Shown here: in pieces, positions 10,370 through 23,186 of the stretch | Numbering within the stretch: position 1 is the stretch's first letter | Layout: each line of letters starts with the position of its first letter | Source of the DNA: Pseudomonadota bacterium | GTDB lineage: Bacteria > Pseudomonadota > Alphaproteobacteria > GCA-2746255 | Length of the DNA stretch: 64,000 nt | Reading direction: 5' to 3' | NCBI GenBank assembly: GCA_040752895.1 | Contig: JBFMHN010000001.1 | Location: forward strand, 163,213-227,212 | Position numbers and translations under genes: made by a program | Notes under the pieces: generated by a model | What the model saw: the letters and a program-made list of their open reading frames with translations, nothing else | What the model was told of the DNA's origin: nothing | The model's database searches: none

Positions 10370-10834
10370 ATGACCGAACCGCCTTACATCTTGATTGTCG
10401 AAAGCCGCTTTTACGCGGATATCGCAGACGAACTTGTCCATGGTGCGCTCGCGGCTTTGGAAAAGGCGGGTGCGGTTTATGAACGTGTCGCCGTGCCGGG
10501 CGCTTTCGAAATTCCGGCCGCCATCGGCATGGCGATCCGTTCGCGGGAATTTTATTCGGGCGGGCAGCGTTTCGACGGCTATCTGGCGCTTGGCTGCGTC
10601 ATCCGCGGGGAAACTTCTCATTACGATCACGTCTGCCAGGAAAGCGCGCGGGGCTTACAGGACTTGGTCGGGAAATACGCCATCGCGCTTGGCTATGGCA
10701 TCCTGACCGTGGACAACCGAGATCAGGCGTGGGTTCGCGCCGCCGTCGACCAGCGGAACAAGGGTGGCGACGCCGCCCGGGCTTGTCTTCGCATGATCGA
10801 GGTCAAGCGCCATTTCCACCTTTATCCGCGATGA
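10370..10834 (+). CDS. ribH: 6,7-dimethyl-8-ribityllumazine synthase
   Basis: 154 aa lumazine synthase. Its stop overlaps the nusB ATG as ATGA. Confidence 0.85.
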   Translation: MTEPPYILIVESRFYADIADELVHGALAALEKAGAVYERVAVPGAFEIPAAIGMAIRSREFYSGGQRFDGYLALGCVIRGETSHYDHVCQESARGLQDLVGKYAIALGYGILTVDNRDQAWVRAAVDQRNKGGDAARACLRMIEVKRHFHLYPR

Positions 10835-11364
10835 ATTCGGATCCCCACAAAACCGACCCGGACCTCGCCGCATCGGGACCGTCGCATGCGATGCGGCAAA
10901 GCGCTGCGCGCCTGGCCGCCGTGCAAGCCCTCTACCAGATCGAATTGACGGGGGTCTCTATCGAGACGGTCATCAGCGAATTTCGCACCTATCGCCGGGG
11001 CGGCGTGCTCGAAGAGGCGCTGGCGCGCGCGAATCTTACCAAGTTCGAGGCGCTCATCCGTGGTGTCGAAACGCATAGGGGCGATCTCGACGCCAAGATC
11101 ACCGCCGCCCTGGCTGAGGATTGGGCGCTGGAAAGGCTGGGGTCCGTGCTTCTGTCCATCCTGCGTTCGGCCGCCTTCGAGCTTCTGACCAGCAGGGACG
11201 TTCCAGCGAAAGTCATCATCAATGAATACGTTGACCTCGCCCACGCTTTTTTTGAAAAAAGCGAAGCGGGCTTCGTGAACGGGATTCTCGACCGGCTCGC
11301 CCGCGAGCTTCGCAAATTGGAAATGGAGCAGATAACCCGTGAACGGCCGTCGTCTTCCGGATGA
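10831..11364 (+). CDS. nusB: Transcription antitermination factor NusB
   Basis: AARLAAVQALYQIEL...NGILDRLAREL. ATG at 10831 directly after ribH. Confidence 0.85.
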   Translation: MNSDPHKTDPDLAASGPSHAMRQSAARLAAVQALYQIELTGVSIETVISEFRTYRRGGVLEEALARANLTKFEALIRGVETHRGDLDAKITAALAEDWALERLGSVLLSILRSAAFELLTSRDVPAKVIINEYVDLAHAFFEKSEAGFVNGILDRLARELRKLEMEQITRERPSSSG

Positions 11365-12328
11365 ATTCACGCTGATTGATCGGTACTTTGCCCCTCTTGC
11401 GAAGGGTTTCCCGGGCGCCTTTGCGCTGACGGATGATGCGGCGGTGTTTCGCCCCGAAGCCGGATGCGACATCGTGGCAACAACGGATACGATGGTCGAG
11501 GGCGTTCATTTCTTTCCCGACGATCCGCCCGCGCTTGTTGCAAGAAAACTTTTGCGGGTCAACCTTTCCGACCTGGCCGCAATGGGCGCGCGGGCGAAGG
11601 CGTATCTGCTGACGGTGGTGTTTCGCGCCGATACGGAAGAGGCATGGGTCGCGGCCTTTGCCCAAGGCCTGGCCGAGGATCAAGCGGCGTTCGGTGTTCA
11701 TCTTGTCGGCGGCGATACGGTCGCAAGCGAGGGGCCAAAGACCTTCACCGTGGCGGCCCTCGGCGAGGTGCCGTCGGGGAAGGCGCTCCGCCGCGCCGGA
11801 GCGAAAATCGGGGATGACGTCTATGTGACGGGCACCATCGGCGACGCCGCCTTGGGCTTGGCCTGGGGCAAGGGCGAGCTTTCCTTCCTGGCGGCAAAAG
11901 ACGCCGCCCATCTCCTCGGGCGCTTGCGCTTGCCGACACCGCGTCTTGGCATCGGTGGGGACCTGCTGGGCCTCGCCCACGCCGCGATCGACATTTCCGA
12001 CGGCCTGGCGGCGGATTTAGGTCACGTCGCGGAACAATCCGGCGTGCGCGCGGCAATCGAAGCGGCGCGCGTTCCCCTTTCGGCGGCGGCTAAGGCCGCG
12101 CTGGCGCGGGAGGCGGCGTTCCTTTCGACGGTTCTCACCGGCGGCGACGATTATGAGCTTCTTTTTACGGCGAGCGCGGAAAGCGGAAAAGAAATTGCCT
12201 CCTTTGCCGCGAAGCACGCGACCCCCATCACCCGGATCGGCAGGATCGAGGAAGGGACGGGTGTCGAGGTGCGGGACGCGGCCGGAGAGCGGATACCCTT
12301 GGCCGAGGCGGGCTACCGGCACTTTTGA
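11339..12328 (+). CDS. thiL: Thiamine-monophosphate kinase
   Basis: AIR-synthase-related fold (...ATTDTMVEGVHF...VGGDT...). Conserved nusB-thiL linkage. Confidence 0.8.
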   Translation: MNGRRLPDEFTLIDRYFAPLAKGFPGAFALTDDAAVFRPEAGCDIVATTDTMVEGVHFFPDDPPALVARKLLRVNLSDLAAMGARAKAYLLTVVFRADTEEAWVAAFAQGLAEDQAAFGVHLVGGDTVASEGPKTFTVAALGEVPSGKALRRAGAKIGDDVYVTGTIGDAALGLAWGKGELSFLAAKDAAHLLGRLRLPTPRLGIGGDLLGLAHAAIDISDGLAADLGHVAEQSGVRAAIEAARVPLSAAAKAALAREAAFLSTVLTGGDDYELLFTASAESGKEIASFAAKHATPITRIGRIEEGTGVEVRDAAGERIPLAEAGYRHF

Positions 12329-12435
12329 ACACCGCCTATCGCGGCAGGCGTTAAGTAAAATTTACCAAATTGGTGGCAGACTATTTTCCTTCTGGCCTTC
12401 CGGGAGAAGGCTTGCGGGCGAACGAAGGAAAGGCC

Positions 12436-12879
12436 ATGAAGACGAAACCACTTCGGGCGGCGGGCCTGCTCGGTGCAATTGCGCTTGCTTTGGCCGTCTT
12501 CTTAGCTTCGGCTTTCGTCGCGCAGGCCGCCGACGCCGCGGCGGAAGCCACCGACCCGAAACCCCAGTTTGTCAAGGTTGGCGACTTCGTCCTGCCGGTA
12601 ATCCGCGAAAATCAGGTGACGCATCACGTTTTTCTTGCAGTCTCGGTCGAAGTCACCGGTGACGAGAAGAAAGCGGAAGTGGAACGGATGATGCCACGCG
12701 TCAAGGACGCCATGTTGCGCGAGTTGTACAAGCACATGTCGCGGCGGCGTAACCCGGACGCCGTCGAAGAAATCCTGGAACTTAAGCAGAAGCTCAGGAA
12801 AGTCGGCAACGAAATGCTCGAAGCCGCGGCGATCAACGCCGTTCTCATCGAGAACATGCTCGAACGCAAGATCCTGTAA
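12436..12879 (+). CDS. FliL-like membrane protein, orphan (no flagellar genes nearby)
   Basis: N-terminal signal anchor followed by a FliL-like pattern (QFVKVGDFVLPVIREN...VFLAVSVEV...MMPRVKDAMLREL...). RBS GAAGGAAAGG precedes the ATG at 12436. Confidence 0.4.
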   Translation: MKTKPLRAAGLLGAIALALAVFLASAFVAQAADAAAEATDPKPQFVKVGDFVLPVIRENQVTHHVFLAVSVEVTGDEKKAEVERMMPRVKDAMLRELYKHMSRRRNPDAVEEILELKQKLRKVGNEMLEAAAINAVLIENMLERKIL

Positions 12880-12893
12880 CCGCGCCGATTTTT

Positions 12894-14780
<1,887 letters not shown>

Positions 14781-14829
14781 CTAAGCACGGCGCGCGTTCC
14801 AGGCGGTGCGCTTGACCGTGCAAGCATAT

Positions 14830-14926
14830 GTTCCGTTCCCTACGCCGGTTCATCCGGATCAGGTTCAAAGGGTTGCAGGACAAAGCGCCCCGCCTCTCAA
14901 CCCGTCATGGGTACCCCTAGGAACTT
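14830..14926 (-). promoter_or_regulatory. TPP (THI-box) riboswitch upstream of thiC
   Basis: The minus-strand read is CCTAGGGGTACCCATGACGGGTTGAGAGGCGGGGCGC...AACCCTTTGAACCTGATCCGGATGAACCGGCGTAGGGAACGGAAC, which is the canonical THI element (UGAGA...ACCCUUUGAACCUGAUCCGGAUAAUGCCGGCGUAGGGAA). Confidence 0.85.
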
Positions 14927-15087
14927 AGATATATCGTGGCGGTTTGATGGGTCGGGGTCAAGGGGCGAGAGGATAGTTGCGCGGCTTGCCCTATTCTGTC
15001 ATTTTCCGCGCGATTTTGGCCATCTACCATGGCGGCGCTGCCGCATGAAAATGGCCGCTTGAGGACGACCCATCCAGGGGGAGAACG

Positions 15088-17166
15088 ATGGAGAATTTGC
15101 TTTACTACGTCATCGCTTGCGGGGCACTGGCGGTGCTCTATGGACTTGTGACAAGCCGCCAGATCTTAGGCGCATCGGCCGGTAACGACCGTATGCGCGA
15201 GATCGCCGCCAGTATTCAGGAGGGTGCCGGCGCCTATCTCAACCGCCAGTACAGCACAATCGCCATCGTCGGCGTCATTATCGGGGCATTTCTCTGGTGG
15301 CAGCTCGGCCTCTATAGCGGGGTCGGCTACTTTATCGGGGCTATTCTCTCGGGGGCCGCCGGTTACATCGGAATGTATATCTCCGTCCGGGCCAACGTGC
15401 GGACGGCCGAAGCCGCCCGCCGCGGCCTGAACCCGGCCCTTCAAATGGCTTTTCGCGCCGGCGCGGTGACCGGCCTTCTGGTCGTGGGCCTTGGTCTGCT
15501 TGGGGTCGCCATTTACTACCTTGTCCTTCTGCAAATTGGGCTTGGCGGGCGCGACCTGGTGGTTCCCTTGGTCGCCCTCAGTTTCGGCGCTTCCTTGATC
15601 TCGATTTTCGCGCGCCTCGGCGGCGGTATTTTTACGAAGGGGGCCGACGTCGGCGCCGACCTCGTCGGTAAGATCGAGGCCGGAATTCCGGAGGACGATC
15701 CCCGCAACCCGGCGGTGATCGCGGACAACGTCGGCGACAACGTCGGCGATTGCGCCGGCATGGCGGCGGATCTCTTCGAAACCTATGCCGTCACGATTGT
15801 TGCCACGATGCTGCTGGCCGCTCTCTTCTTTAGCGGTGAGACGCAAACGCAAATGATGTTCCTGCCGCTTGCCATCGGCGCGGCCTGTATCGTGGGGTCC
15901 GTGTTGGGGACGTTCTGCGTTCGCCTCGGCAAAAGCGGGCGCATCATGATGGCCCTTTACAAGGGCCTGATCGTCGCGGCGGTTTTGTCGGCGGTTTTCA
16001 TCGGCATCATCTTTCAGGCGTTCGGCTTTTTCGGGCAGGAGTTTCAAATCGGAGAGCGGGTCTTTAGCGGGCACGCGCTTTACTATTCCGCGCTTACGGG
16101 TCTTGTCGTGACGGGACTGCTCGTCTGGATCACGGAATACTATACCTCGACCCATTTCCGCCCCGTTTTGAGCGTCGCGAAGGCTTCGACGACGGGTCAT
16201 GCGACAAACATCATCCAGGGGCTTGCCGTTTCCATGGAATCGACGGCGCTTCCGGTGCTCGTCATCTGCGCGGCAATCATCTTCACCTTCCTTAACGCCG
16301 GTATCTTCGGCGTCGCCATCTCGGCGACCGCCATGCTGGCGCTGGCCGGAATGGTGGTGGCGCTTGATGCCTACGGCCCGGTTACGGACAACGCCGGCGG
16401 CATCGCCGAAATGGCGAACCTGCCGGAAGACGTCCGCAAGACGACGGACGCTCTCGACGCGGTGGGCAACACGACGAAGGCGGTGACGAAAGGCTATGCC
16501 ATCGGTTCGGCTGGTCTGGCGGCGATCGTTCTCTTCTCGGCTTACGTGGAGGACCTTCGGCACTATTTCCCCGATCTGGAGACGCCCTTCCGTCTGCAGG
16601 ACCCCTACGTCGTCGTCGGTCTCTTCCTTGGCGGGCTGCTCCCCTATCTCTTCGGGGCACTCGCCATGATGGCGGTCGGACGTGCCGCCAGCTCCGTCGT
16701 GGTCGAGGTTCGGCGTCAGTTCAAGGAAATTATCGGCATCATGGAGGGTACCGCGAAGCCGGACTACAGCCGCGCCGTCGATTTTCTGACGCGTTCCGCC
16801 ATTAAGGAAATGATTGTGCCTTCACTGCTGCCGGTGCTGGCCCCGGTCGTTCTCTATTTCGTCATCACTTCCGTGGCGGGACAGGCGGCCGCCTTCACAG
16901 CGCTTGGTGCCATGCTGCTCGGCACGATCATTACCGGTATCTTCGTTGCCATCTCCATGACGTCCGGTGGGGGCGCTTGGGACAACGCGAAGAAATACAT
17001 TGAGGAAGGGCATTACGGCGGCAAGAATTCCGAGGCCCATCACGCGGCGATTACCGGCGATACGGTCGGTGATCCTTACAAGGACACGGCGGGCCCCGCC
17101 ATCAATCCGATGATCAAGATCATCAACATCGTGGCGCTTTTGTTGCTGGCTATGCTGGCGGCTTAA
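15088..17166 (+). CDS. hppA: Membrane-bound proton-translocating pyrophosphatase
   Basis: 692 aa polytopic protein with V-PPase motifs ([41 protein letters not shown]). Confidence 0.9.
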   Translation: MENLLYYVIACGALAVLYGLVTSRQILGASAGNDRMREIAASIQEGAGAYLNRQYSTIAIVGVIIGAFLWWQLGLYSGVGYFIGAILSGAAGYIGMYISVRANVRTAEAARRGLNPALQMAFRAGAVTGLLVVGLGLLGVAIYYLVLLQIGLGGRDLVVPLVALSFGASLISIFARLGGGIFTKGADVGADLVGKIEAGIPEDDPRNPAVIADNVGDNVGDCAGMAADLFETYAVTIVATMLLAALFFSGETQTQMMFLPLAIGAACIVGSVLGTFCVRLGKSGRIMMALYKGLIVAAVLSAVFIGIIFQAFGFFGQEFQIGERVFSGHALYYSALTGLVVTGLLVWITEYYTSTHFRPVLSVAKASTTGHATNIIQGLAVSMESTALPVLVICAAIIFTFLNAGIFGVAISATAMLALAGMVVALDAYGPVTDNAGGIAEMANLPEDVRKTTDALDAVGNTTKAVTKGYAIGSAGLAAIVLFSAYVEDLRHYFPDLETPFRLQDPYVVVGLFLGGLLPYLFGALAMMAVGRAASSVVVEVRRQFKEIIGIMEGTAKPDYSRAVDFLTRSAIKEMIVPSLLPVLAPVVLYFVITSVAGQAAAFTALGAMLLGTIITGIFVAISMTSGGGAWDNAKKYIEEGHYGGKNSEAHHAAITGDTVGDPYKDTAGPAINPMIKIINIVALLLLAMLAA

Positions 17167-17185
17167 ACGTTACCGGAGACTCGTA

Positions 17186-17216
17186 AAAAGCCCCGATTCT
17201 TCGGGGCTTTTTTTTG
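17186..17216. terminator. Bidirectional rho-independent terminator between hppA and bamE
   Basis: aaaagccccgattcttcggggctttttttt. A GC stem with a U-run, and an A-run on the other side. Confidence 0.7.
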
Positions 17217-17224
17217 CCTGGGAG

Positions 17225-17668
17225 CTATTTGGAAAGGTCTCCCATGCCACCGAGAAAGCGCTCGATGGCCGGAGGCTCCAAGCCAGGCGTCGGGGTCTCG
17301 CGGCCGACCGACTTGACGATCCAGCCGTCCCTGGCCTGGTAATGCCGGATGCGTTGGACGACGCCTTTCGTGTCGAAATCAATGGCCACGATCTTCCGGT
17401 CGATGATTTCCGGGTCGTGAAAGGACACCTTCCGCACCCGCTCGCTGATGTAATACCACGTGCGGTTGTCGAATGTCGCCAAAGCGGTGGGGGTTCCGAT
17501 GATTTCCGCTACGTCCTCGCGGGTCTGCGTTCCCGGGCGGATGGTGGCAAGCGCCTCCGAGTCCAGCAGGTGGCCGCGAGTCGAGATGGTTGGGCTGCAG
17601 GCAGCCGCACCCAAGGTGCAGAAAAGAACTCCAAAAATCCGGAAAGACCGGAGGCGGTTGTGATTCAT
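17225..17668 (-). CDS. bamE: Outer-membrane protein assembly factor BamE (SmpA/OmlA lipoprotein)
   Basis: MNHNRLRSFRIFGVLFCTLGAAAC has a lipobox. The body is an SmpA/OmlA domain (TIRPGTQTREDVAEIIGTP...DNRTWYYIS). Confidence 0.7.
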   Translation of the reverse strand: MNHNRLRSFRIFGVLFCTLGAAACSPTISTRGHLLDSEALATIRPGTQTREDVAEIIGTPTALATFDNRTWYYISERVRKVSFHDPEIIDRKIVAIDFDTKGVVQRIRHYQARDGWIVKSVGRETPTPGLEPPAIERFLGGMGDLSK

Positions 17669-17815
17669 TTCCTCTAATTCGTCACTGGCAAGATGGGCGC
17701 CGATCTCGCATAATTCACCCCGTTCGGGATCGGTCGCGGGTGTTAGAGAAAAGCACCGGAGCGTGCGACATGTCAATCACAGGCGGTCCATCAGTGGCGC
17801 TTTGAGGGGGCAGGG

Positions 17816-18373
17816 GTGCTCACCAGACTGGTTCATCCACTCAACGTCGAACGGTCGGCGCGCCTTTTATACACGCGAATCGTTCAGCAGGCCCGTCGGA
17901 CGGAATTTTATACCGCTCACGACGTGCCGGACACCCTGGACGGTCGTTTCGAGATGATCGCCCTTCACACCTTTCTCGTCCTCCACCGTTTGAAGCGGAT
18001 GGGCGCTGAACCATTGGCGCAGGCGCTGTTCGACGTCCTATTTCTGGATATGGACGAAAATTTGCGGGAAATGGGGGTCGGCGACCTTTCGGTGGGTAAG
18101 CGGGTAAAACAGATGATCCGCGCCTTCTATGGACGCATCGCGGCCTATGAGGCGGGTCTGGAAGCGGCACCCGGCGCGCTGGAAGCGGCACTCGAGCGCA
18201 ACCTCTATGGAACGGTGTGCCCAGGCCCGGAAGCCCTTGCCGGCATGGCGGCCTATCTTCGAAGGGAAGCCGCTGCCCTTGCCGGGCAGAATGGGACGAT
18301 GCTTTCGAACGGAATTCTTTCCTTCGGGGTTCCGTCTGGCGCGGAGGCCGGGCGCCAGGAGACAACACCATGA
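17816..18373 (+). CDS. Ubiquinol-cytochrome c chaperone (Cbp3-like) domain protein
   Basis: 185 aa. Conserved alphaproteobacterial neighbour of yceD-rpmF. The protein pattern is ...FEMIALHTFLVLHRL... Confidence 0.5.
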   Translation: MLTRLVHPLNVERSARLLYTRIVQQARRTEFYTAHDVPDTLDGRFEMIALHTFLVLHRLKRMGAEPLAQALFDVLFLDMDENLREMGVGDLSVGKRVKQMIRAFYGRIAAYEAGLEAAPGALEAALERNLYGTVCPGPEALAGMAAYLRREAAALAGQNGTMLSNGILSFGVPSGAEAGRQETTP

Positions 18374-18921
18374 CACCGGCGGGCAAAACCGAAACAATCG
18401 AATTTTCACGGCCGGTTTCGACGGCGGGCATCACCGAAAAAGAGGCCCACTTTACGATCGAAGCCACGCCGGCGGAGTGCGCCGCACTTGCCGAACGACT
18501 CGGTTTAAAAGCGCTCACCCGTCTTTCGGCCGATCTTACGCTGGTGCCGGAGCGCAATCGACGGTTGTACCTGGAAGGTCATTTGACGGCGGACGTTGTT
18601 CAGGTTTGCGTCGTCTCGCTGGCCGATATCGCGGCGACGATCGACGAACGCTTCACGTTGCATTTTTCACCGGATGCCGTGCCGGAGGCGACGCCGGGAG
18701 GCGAAGTCACCGTCCTGGTTAACGCGGAGGATCCGCCCGAACCCCTGATCGGCGAAACCATTGATCTCGGAGAAGCGGTGACCGAACATCTGGTGCTTGC
18801 CTTGGATCCTTACCCGCGGTTGCCGGACGCCACCTTCGCCTATGCCTTGCCGGAAGCCCCCGACACGGAAGAGGCGGCTTCGCCTTTTGCCAAGCTGGCG
18901 GCCTTGAAGCCCGAGAGGTAA
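18370..18921 (+). CDS. yceD: YceD/DUF177 family protein
   Basis: Acidic about 180-aa protein directly upstream of rpmF. ATG at 18370. Confidence 0.6.
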   Translation: MTPAGKTETIEFSRPVSTAGITEKEAHFTIEATPAECAALAERLGLKALTRLSADLTLVPERNRRLYLEGHLTADVVQVCVVSLADIAATIDERFTLHFSPDAVPEATPGGEVTVLVNAEDPPEPLIGETIDLGEAVTEHLVLALDPYPRLPDATFAYALPEAPDTEEAASPFAKLAALKPER

Positions 18922-18996
18922 GATTTTCCAGGCCCTTGCCGGAGGCTGGTTTTTTGTTTAATTAGACCTCTCCCAAATCATGAAAAGAGAAGAACG

Positions 18997-19182
18997 ATGG
19001 CGGTTCCAAAGAAAAAAACGTCGCAATCACGCAAGAATATGCGCCGTTCGCACCACGCGCTGAAGCCGGTCAGCCATATGGAATGCCCAAACTGCGGTGA
19101 ATCGAAGCTTCCCCATCATGTTTGTGCTGCCTGCGGCCATTACCGCGATCGGGGCGTGTTGAAAAATAAAGAGGCGATCTGA
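18997..19182 (+). CDS. rpmF: 50S ribosomal protein L32
   Basis: [23 protein letters not shown]...[20 protein letters not shown]. Confidence 0.9.
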   Translation: MAVPKKKTSQSRKNMRRSHHALKPVSHMECPNCGESKLPHHVCAACGHYRDRGVLKNKEAI

Positions 19183-19214
19183 CCCTCGCGCGACAATCCG
19201 GAGGGACTGGACCC

Positions 19215-20267
19215 ATGACTACGGCGATGGCGATCGCGCTCGACGCGATGGGGGGCGACTATGCGCCTGGTGTCGTCGTCGAGGGCGCCAGATTGGCTCG
19301 CGAACGTTTCCCAAACGTCCATTTCATCCTGTTTGGCGATGAACGGCGTCTGCAGCCGTTGGTTGCGAAAGACGCGCAGCTTCTCGGCCATTCCGAAATC
19401 CGCCATACCGATCAGGCCATCGCAAACGACATGAAGCCCTCGATGGCGCTTCGTAATGGCCGTGATTCGAGTATGCGCCTGGCCATCAACGCCGTCCACG
19501 ACGGCCAGGCGGCCGGCGTCGTTTCGGCCGGAAACACGGGCGCCCTGATGGTGATGGCAAAATTTGTCCTGAAGACCTTGCCTGGAATCGATCGGCCGGC
19601 GATCGCGGGCTATATCCCCAGCATGCGGGGCGATGTCGTCATGCTGGACCTTGGGGCGAACGTGGAATGCAGCGCCAATAACCTCGTGCAGTTCGCCGTC
19701 ATGGGGAACGTTTTTGCGCGCGCCGTCCTCGGTCTGCCGGAGCCGGTTGTCGGCCTGCTCAACGTCGGCGAGGAGGAGATGAAAGGCCACGAATATTTGC
19801 GTGATGCGGCGACCATTCTGCGGACCGAGGGATTCCCGGTGAAGTTTTATGGCTTCATAGAAGGCAACGACATCCTCGAAGGAAAAGTGGACGTGGCCGT
19901 TACCGATGGCTTCACGGGCAACGTGGCGCTGAAGACCGCCGAAGGGGTCTCGAAGTTCTATACGCAGATTTTAAAAGAAGCCTTCCAGAGTTCGCCGATG
20001 GCTCGCCTTGGATATCTGTTGGCCCGTTCCAGCCTTCGCAAGGTCAAGCGAAAGATGGACCCCAGGCGATACAACGGCGCCATGATGTTGGGTTTGAACG
20101 GCATCGTCGTGAAATCGCACGGCGGGGCGGATGCGCTGGGTTTTGCCAACGCCATCGGGGTAGCGATCGACATGGCGACCTTCGGCTTTAACGAGAAGAT
20201 CACCGGCGCATTCGAGAAATTCAGCGCCGACGGTCTGGCTCTGAAGAAAGCGGCGACTCCCGCATGA
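19215..20267 (+). CDS. plsX: Phosphate acyltransferase PlsX
   Basis: 350 aa PlsX ([12 protein letters not shown]...). The stop overlaps the fabH start as ATGA. Confidence 0.9.
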   Translation: MTTAMAIALDAMGGDYAPGVVVEGARLARERFPNVHFILFGDERRLQPLVAKDAQLLGHSEIRHTDQAIANDMKPSMALRNGRDSSMRLAINAVHDGQAAGVVSAGNTGALMVMAKFVLKTLPGIDRPAIAGYIPSMRGDVVMLDLGANVECSANNLVQFAVMGNVFARAVLGLPEPVVGLLNVGEEEMKGHEYLRDAATILRTEGFPVKFYGFIEGNDILEGKVDVAVTDGFTGNVALKTAEGVSKFYTQILKEAFQSSPMARLGYLLARSSLRKVKRKMDPRRYNGAMMLGLNGIVVKSHGGADALGFANAIGVAIDMATFGFNEKITGAFEKFSADGLALKKAATPA

Positions 20268-21238
20268 TGCGGCACTCGCGAATTGCGGGCTGCGGCTCTT
20301 ACCTGCCGGAGCGCGTTCTAACGAACGCCGACCTTGCAAAATTGGTTGATACGTCGGACGAATGGATCGTCGAACGGACGGGCATCCGGAAGCGTCATGT
20401 CGCGGCGGATGGCCAAACCACGTCCGATCTGGCGACGCGCGCGGCCCAAGCGGCACTCAAGCACGCCGGTGTGAGGGTCGAGGACGTTGACCTAATCGTG
20501 CTGGCGACCGCGACGCCGGATTTTACCTTTCCCTCGACGGCGACCCAGGTGCAGGAGCGCCTTGGCATGACGCGCGGAGCGGCCTTCGACGTCCATGCGG
20601 TTTGTTCGGGTTTTGTTTTCGGGCTGGCGGTCGCCGACAATTTCCTTCGGCTTGGACAGGCAAAGACCGCCCTCGTGATAGGGGCGGAGACTTTCTCGCG
20701 GATTCTAGACTGGACGGACCGGCGCACCTGCGTTCTCTTCGGGGATGGGGCCGGGGCCGTCGTGCTCCGCGCCGAAGAGGGGCCGCCAAGCCAGGAAAAA
20801 GCAGGGATTTTATCCACGCACCTTCACTCGGACGGCCGCTACCGCGATCTTCTCTATGTGGACGGCGGGCCATCTGCCACCCAAACGGTCGGCCACTTGC
20901 GGATGGCTGGGCGCGAGGTTTTTCGTCACGCCGTTGTCAACCTTTCCAATGTTGTCCATGAGGCGCTTGATGCCAATGGCCTCAAGGCGGAAAATATCGA
21001 CTGGATCGTTCCCCATCAGGCAAACCGGCGCATCCTCTCCAGCACGGCCAGGAAACTCGGACTGCCGATCGAGCGCGTGATCGTCACCATCGAGGAGCAC
21101 GCGAATACGTCGGCGGCTTCCATTCCGCTTGCGTTGACAAAGGCGGTCGAGGATGGCCGTATTCAGCCGGGCCATCTTTTGTTGCTGGAAGCGATGGGTG
21201 GTGGATTCACCTGGGGTGCCGCGTTAACGCGCTGGTAG
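20264..21238 (+). CDS. fabH: 3-oxoacyl-ACP synthase III
   Basis: Cys-His-Asn KAS III ([15 protein letters not shown]...HQANRRI...). Confidence 0.9.
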   Translation: MMRHSRIAGCGSYLPERVLTNADLAKLVDTSDEWIVERTGIRKRHVAADGQTTSDLATRAAQAALKHAGVRVEDVDLIVLATATPDFTFPSTATQVQERLGMTRGAAFDVHAVCSGFVFGLAVADNFLRLGQAKTALVIGAETFSRILDWTDRRTCVLFGDGAGAVVLRAEEGPPSQEKAGILSTHLHSDGRYRDLLYVDGGPSATQTVGHLRMAGREVFRHAVVNLSNVVHEALDANGLKAENIDWIVPHQANRRILSSTARKLGLPIERVIVTIEEHANTSAASIPLALTKAVEDGRIQPGHLLLLEAMGGGFTWGAALTRW

Positions 21239-21327
21239 CGGCGGCCTCCCGGAAAATTCTCCTATTCGGTAATGTTGACGGCCATTTTCGTCCGGAGTAG
21301 GGTTCTCGCGAAATCAGGGGGCCGCTT

Positions 21328-21639
21328 ATGGGCGAAAGTACGGTTACACGCGCACATTTGACCGAGGCCGTTTATCAGGAAATCGGTCTTTCGCGAAACG
21401 AGTCGGCAGAACTGGTCGAGTCGGCGCTGAAGTTGATTTCGGATGCGTTGGTGCGCGGCGAGCCGGTAAAAGTTTCCTCGTTTGGAAGCTTTTCCATCCG
21501 TCAAAAAGGCCGGCGCATTGGCCGCAACCCGAAAACGGGCGAGGAGGTGCCAATCCTGCCCAGGCGCGTTCTTGTCTTCCGCGCGTCGCAGGTCCTTAAG
21601 AATAGGATAAATAAGACACTTTCTGGAATCTCGCGTTAG
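21328..21639 (+). CDS. ihfA: Integration host factor alpha subunit
   Basis: HU/IHF fold ([26 protein letters not shown]). Confidence 0.85.
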   Translation: MGESTVTRAHLTEAVYQEIGLSRNESAELVESALKLISDALVRGEPVKVSSFGSFSIRQKGRRIGRNPKTGEEVPILPRRVLVFRASQVLKNRINKTLSGISR

Positions 21640-21657
21640 GATTCCCAGAGGTTTTGA

Positions 21658-22074
21658 ATGGTTGAATCGCTGAACCTGATGCCCACGCGTCGTGTTGGCA
21701 AGTCGGCGTCCGCGTTCCGTACCATCAGCGAAGTTGCCTCCGAGCTTGACGTTCCCCAGCACGTGCTTCGTTTCTGGGAAGGGAAGTTCACACAGGTCAG
21801 CCCGCTGAAACGGGGCGGCGGCCGGCGTTACTATCGACCGGAAGACGTCGCCCTGCTTCGCCAGATCCGCGCCCTCCTTTACGAGGAAGGGTACACGATC
21901 ATGGGCGTGCAGAAACTTCTGCGAAACGGCGTCTATAAAAATGGCAAGCCCCCGGAGGACGCGGAGGAAACGTCGATCGAAGGTAATAGCGATCCGGCGA
22001 AGCGGGCGGAACTTTGCGCCGTTCTCGGCGAACTCGAAGACCTTCGGAACACGCTACGGAAACTTTGCGATTGA
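21658..22074 (+). CDS. MerR-family transcriptional regulator
   Basis: [26 protein letters not shown]...[16 protein letters not shown]. Conserved partner of ihfA. Confidence 0.7.
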   Translation: MVESLNLMPTRRVGKSASAFRTISEVASELDVPQHVLRFWEGKFTQVSPLKRGGGRRYYRPEDVALLRQIRALLYEEGYTIMGVQKLLRNGVYKNGKPPEDAEETSIEGNSDPAKRAELCAVLGELEDLRNTLRKLCD

Positions 22075-22136
22075 GGGGCACCTCCGTTGCGAAAACGGCG
22101 GATCGTCCTTATAGTGCGCCCGCGGCTTGCCCCGGT

Positions 22137-22213
22137 CGGAGCGTAGCGCAGCCTGGTAGCGCATCACACTGGGGGTGTGGGGGTCGTGGGTTCGAATCCC
22201 GCCGCTCCGACCA
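22137..22213 (+). tRNA. tRNA-Pro (anticodon GGG)
   Basis: 77-nt cloverleaf CGGAGCGTAGCGCAGCCTGGTAGCGCATCACACTGGGGGTGTGG...GGTTCGAATCCC...CCGACCA. The anticodon loop CTGGGGG gives GGG. Confidence 0.85.
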
Positions 22214-22351
22214 ATTTCTCTAAACGAAACCATGGTTAACGACCGCGGCATACGGCGGCCTTTCGTTTGCGAGGCTTTTTTTCCAGATTTCCTCTGATAT
22301 TCTTGGATTTGAAAGCCCATATAAACAGGCCCCGCGATTGGGCGTAAGACG

Positions 22352-22894
22352 ATGCATTCGATTCCGATTTGGGTATCTGTTCTGGCGGTGATCGCAACGG
22401 CGGCGATCGCCTGGCTCACGTTCCTCTTGGTGAGGATCAACCGAAGGCTGACAGCATTCACGGGCGCCCTCGAATCCCACTCCACGCTTAGGCTGCGGCT
22501 GGCGCTCAAGAAGGAAAACATCCCCGTCGTCTGGTGGGATAAGACGGTTGAGCCGTGGCCGGTCGAAAACCTGCGCCATCGCAATCGCAGTGAGCTTACC
22601 CACGTCGTTCTCGGCGTTCCGGAACGCCTGCGCTGGGGCTCGGCCATGCGCCGTTACGTGGGGTTGCTGCTTGTCGGCATCTTCGGCGCCCTTGCCAGCG
22701 CGGTTTGGCTTTTCGACTTGGCGCCCTCTCTCGTCGAATGGGCGGCGGCCTGGCGGCGGCATCTTCTTTTTGCCGCTCTCGTCTTGTTCGGCTTTCTTTT
22801 CTTTTACGCGCTTGGCCAATGTTTCCGTAAACTTCTTGAGCGGGAACGCCTGCGGCCGGGCGTCCCGCCGGAGCAATCGCCGGAGGGGCGCTAG
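22352..22894 (+). CDS. Hypothetical membrane protein
   Basis: 180 aa with several hydrophobic helices. No recognisable family. Confidence 0.35.
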   Translation: MHSIPIWVSVLAVIATAAIAWLTFLLVRINRRLTAFTGALESHSTLRLRLALKKENIPVVWWDKTVEPWPVENLRHRNRSELTHVVLGVPERLRWGSAMRRYVGLLLVGIFGALASAVWLFDLAPSLVEWAAAWRRHLLFAALVLFGFLFFYALGQCFRKLLERERLRPGVPPEQSPEGR

Positions 22895-22924
22895 ACGCGC
22901 TTGCGGACCGAAAACGGGGACGGG

Positions 22925-23173
22925 ATGGAAATCGAGCGCAACAGCGTTTCTTTCCGCATTCTGGAGGAATTGTGTGCGATACCGCCGCCCGTGCGCGGCA
23001 TCAGCGCCGTTATGCTGAACCGCAAATTCAGCGCGCCGCAGGCGGTTGCCGAACTCGAACAGGAAGGCCTGATCGCAGAGAGGCGCTGGGACAAGGGGTC
23101 GGGTGGAGTTCTGGTCCCGACCGAGGCGGGCAAGCGGCTTTACACGGCACTTGCCGGCGAAACCATTCGCTAG
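22925..23173 (+). CDS. Small hypothetical protein, possibly wHTH
   Basis: About 82 aa (MEIERNSVSFRILEELCAIP...LEQEGLIAERRWDKG). Weak support. Confidence 0.3.
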   Translation: MEIERNSVSFRILEELCAIPPPVRGISAVMLNRKFSAPQAVAELEQEGLIAERRWDKGSGGVLVPTEAGKRLYTALAGETIR

Positions 23174-23186
23174 AAAGCCGCCGCCT

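Noticed and set aside
12153-12662. 169-aa plus-strand ORF overlapping the thiL 3' end and the FliL-like gene
   Set aside because: It is out of frame with both supported genes and has no motifs.
15166-16563. 465-aa minus-strand ORF inside hppA
   Set aside because: Antisense shadow of the pyrophosphatase gene; Arg/Asp-rich low-complexity.
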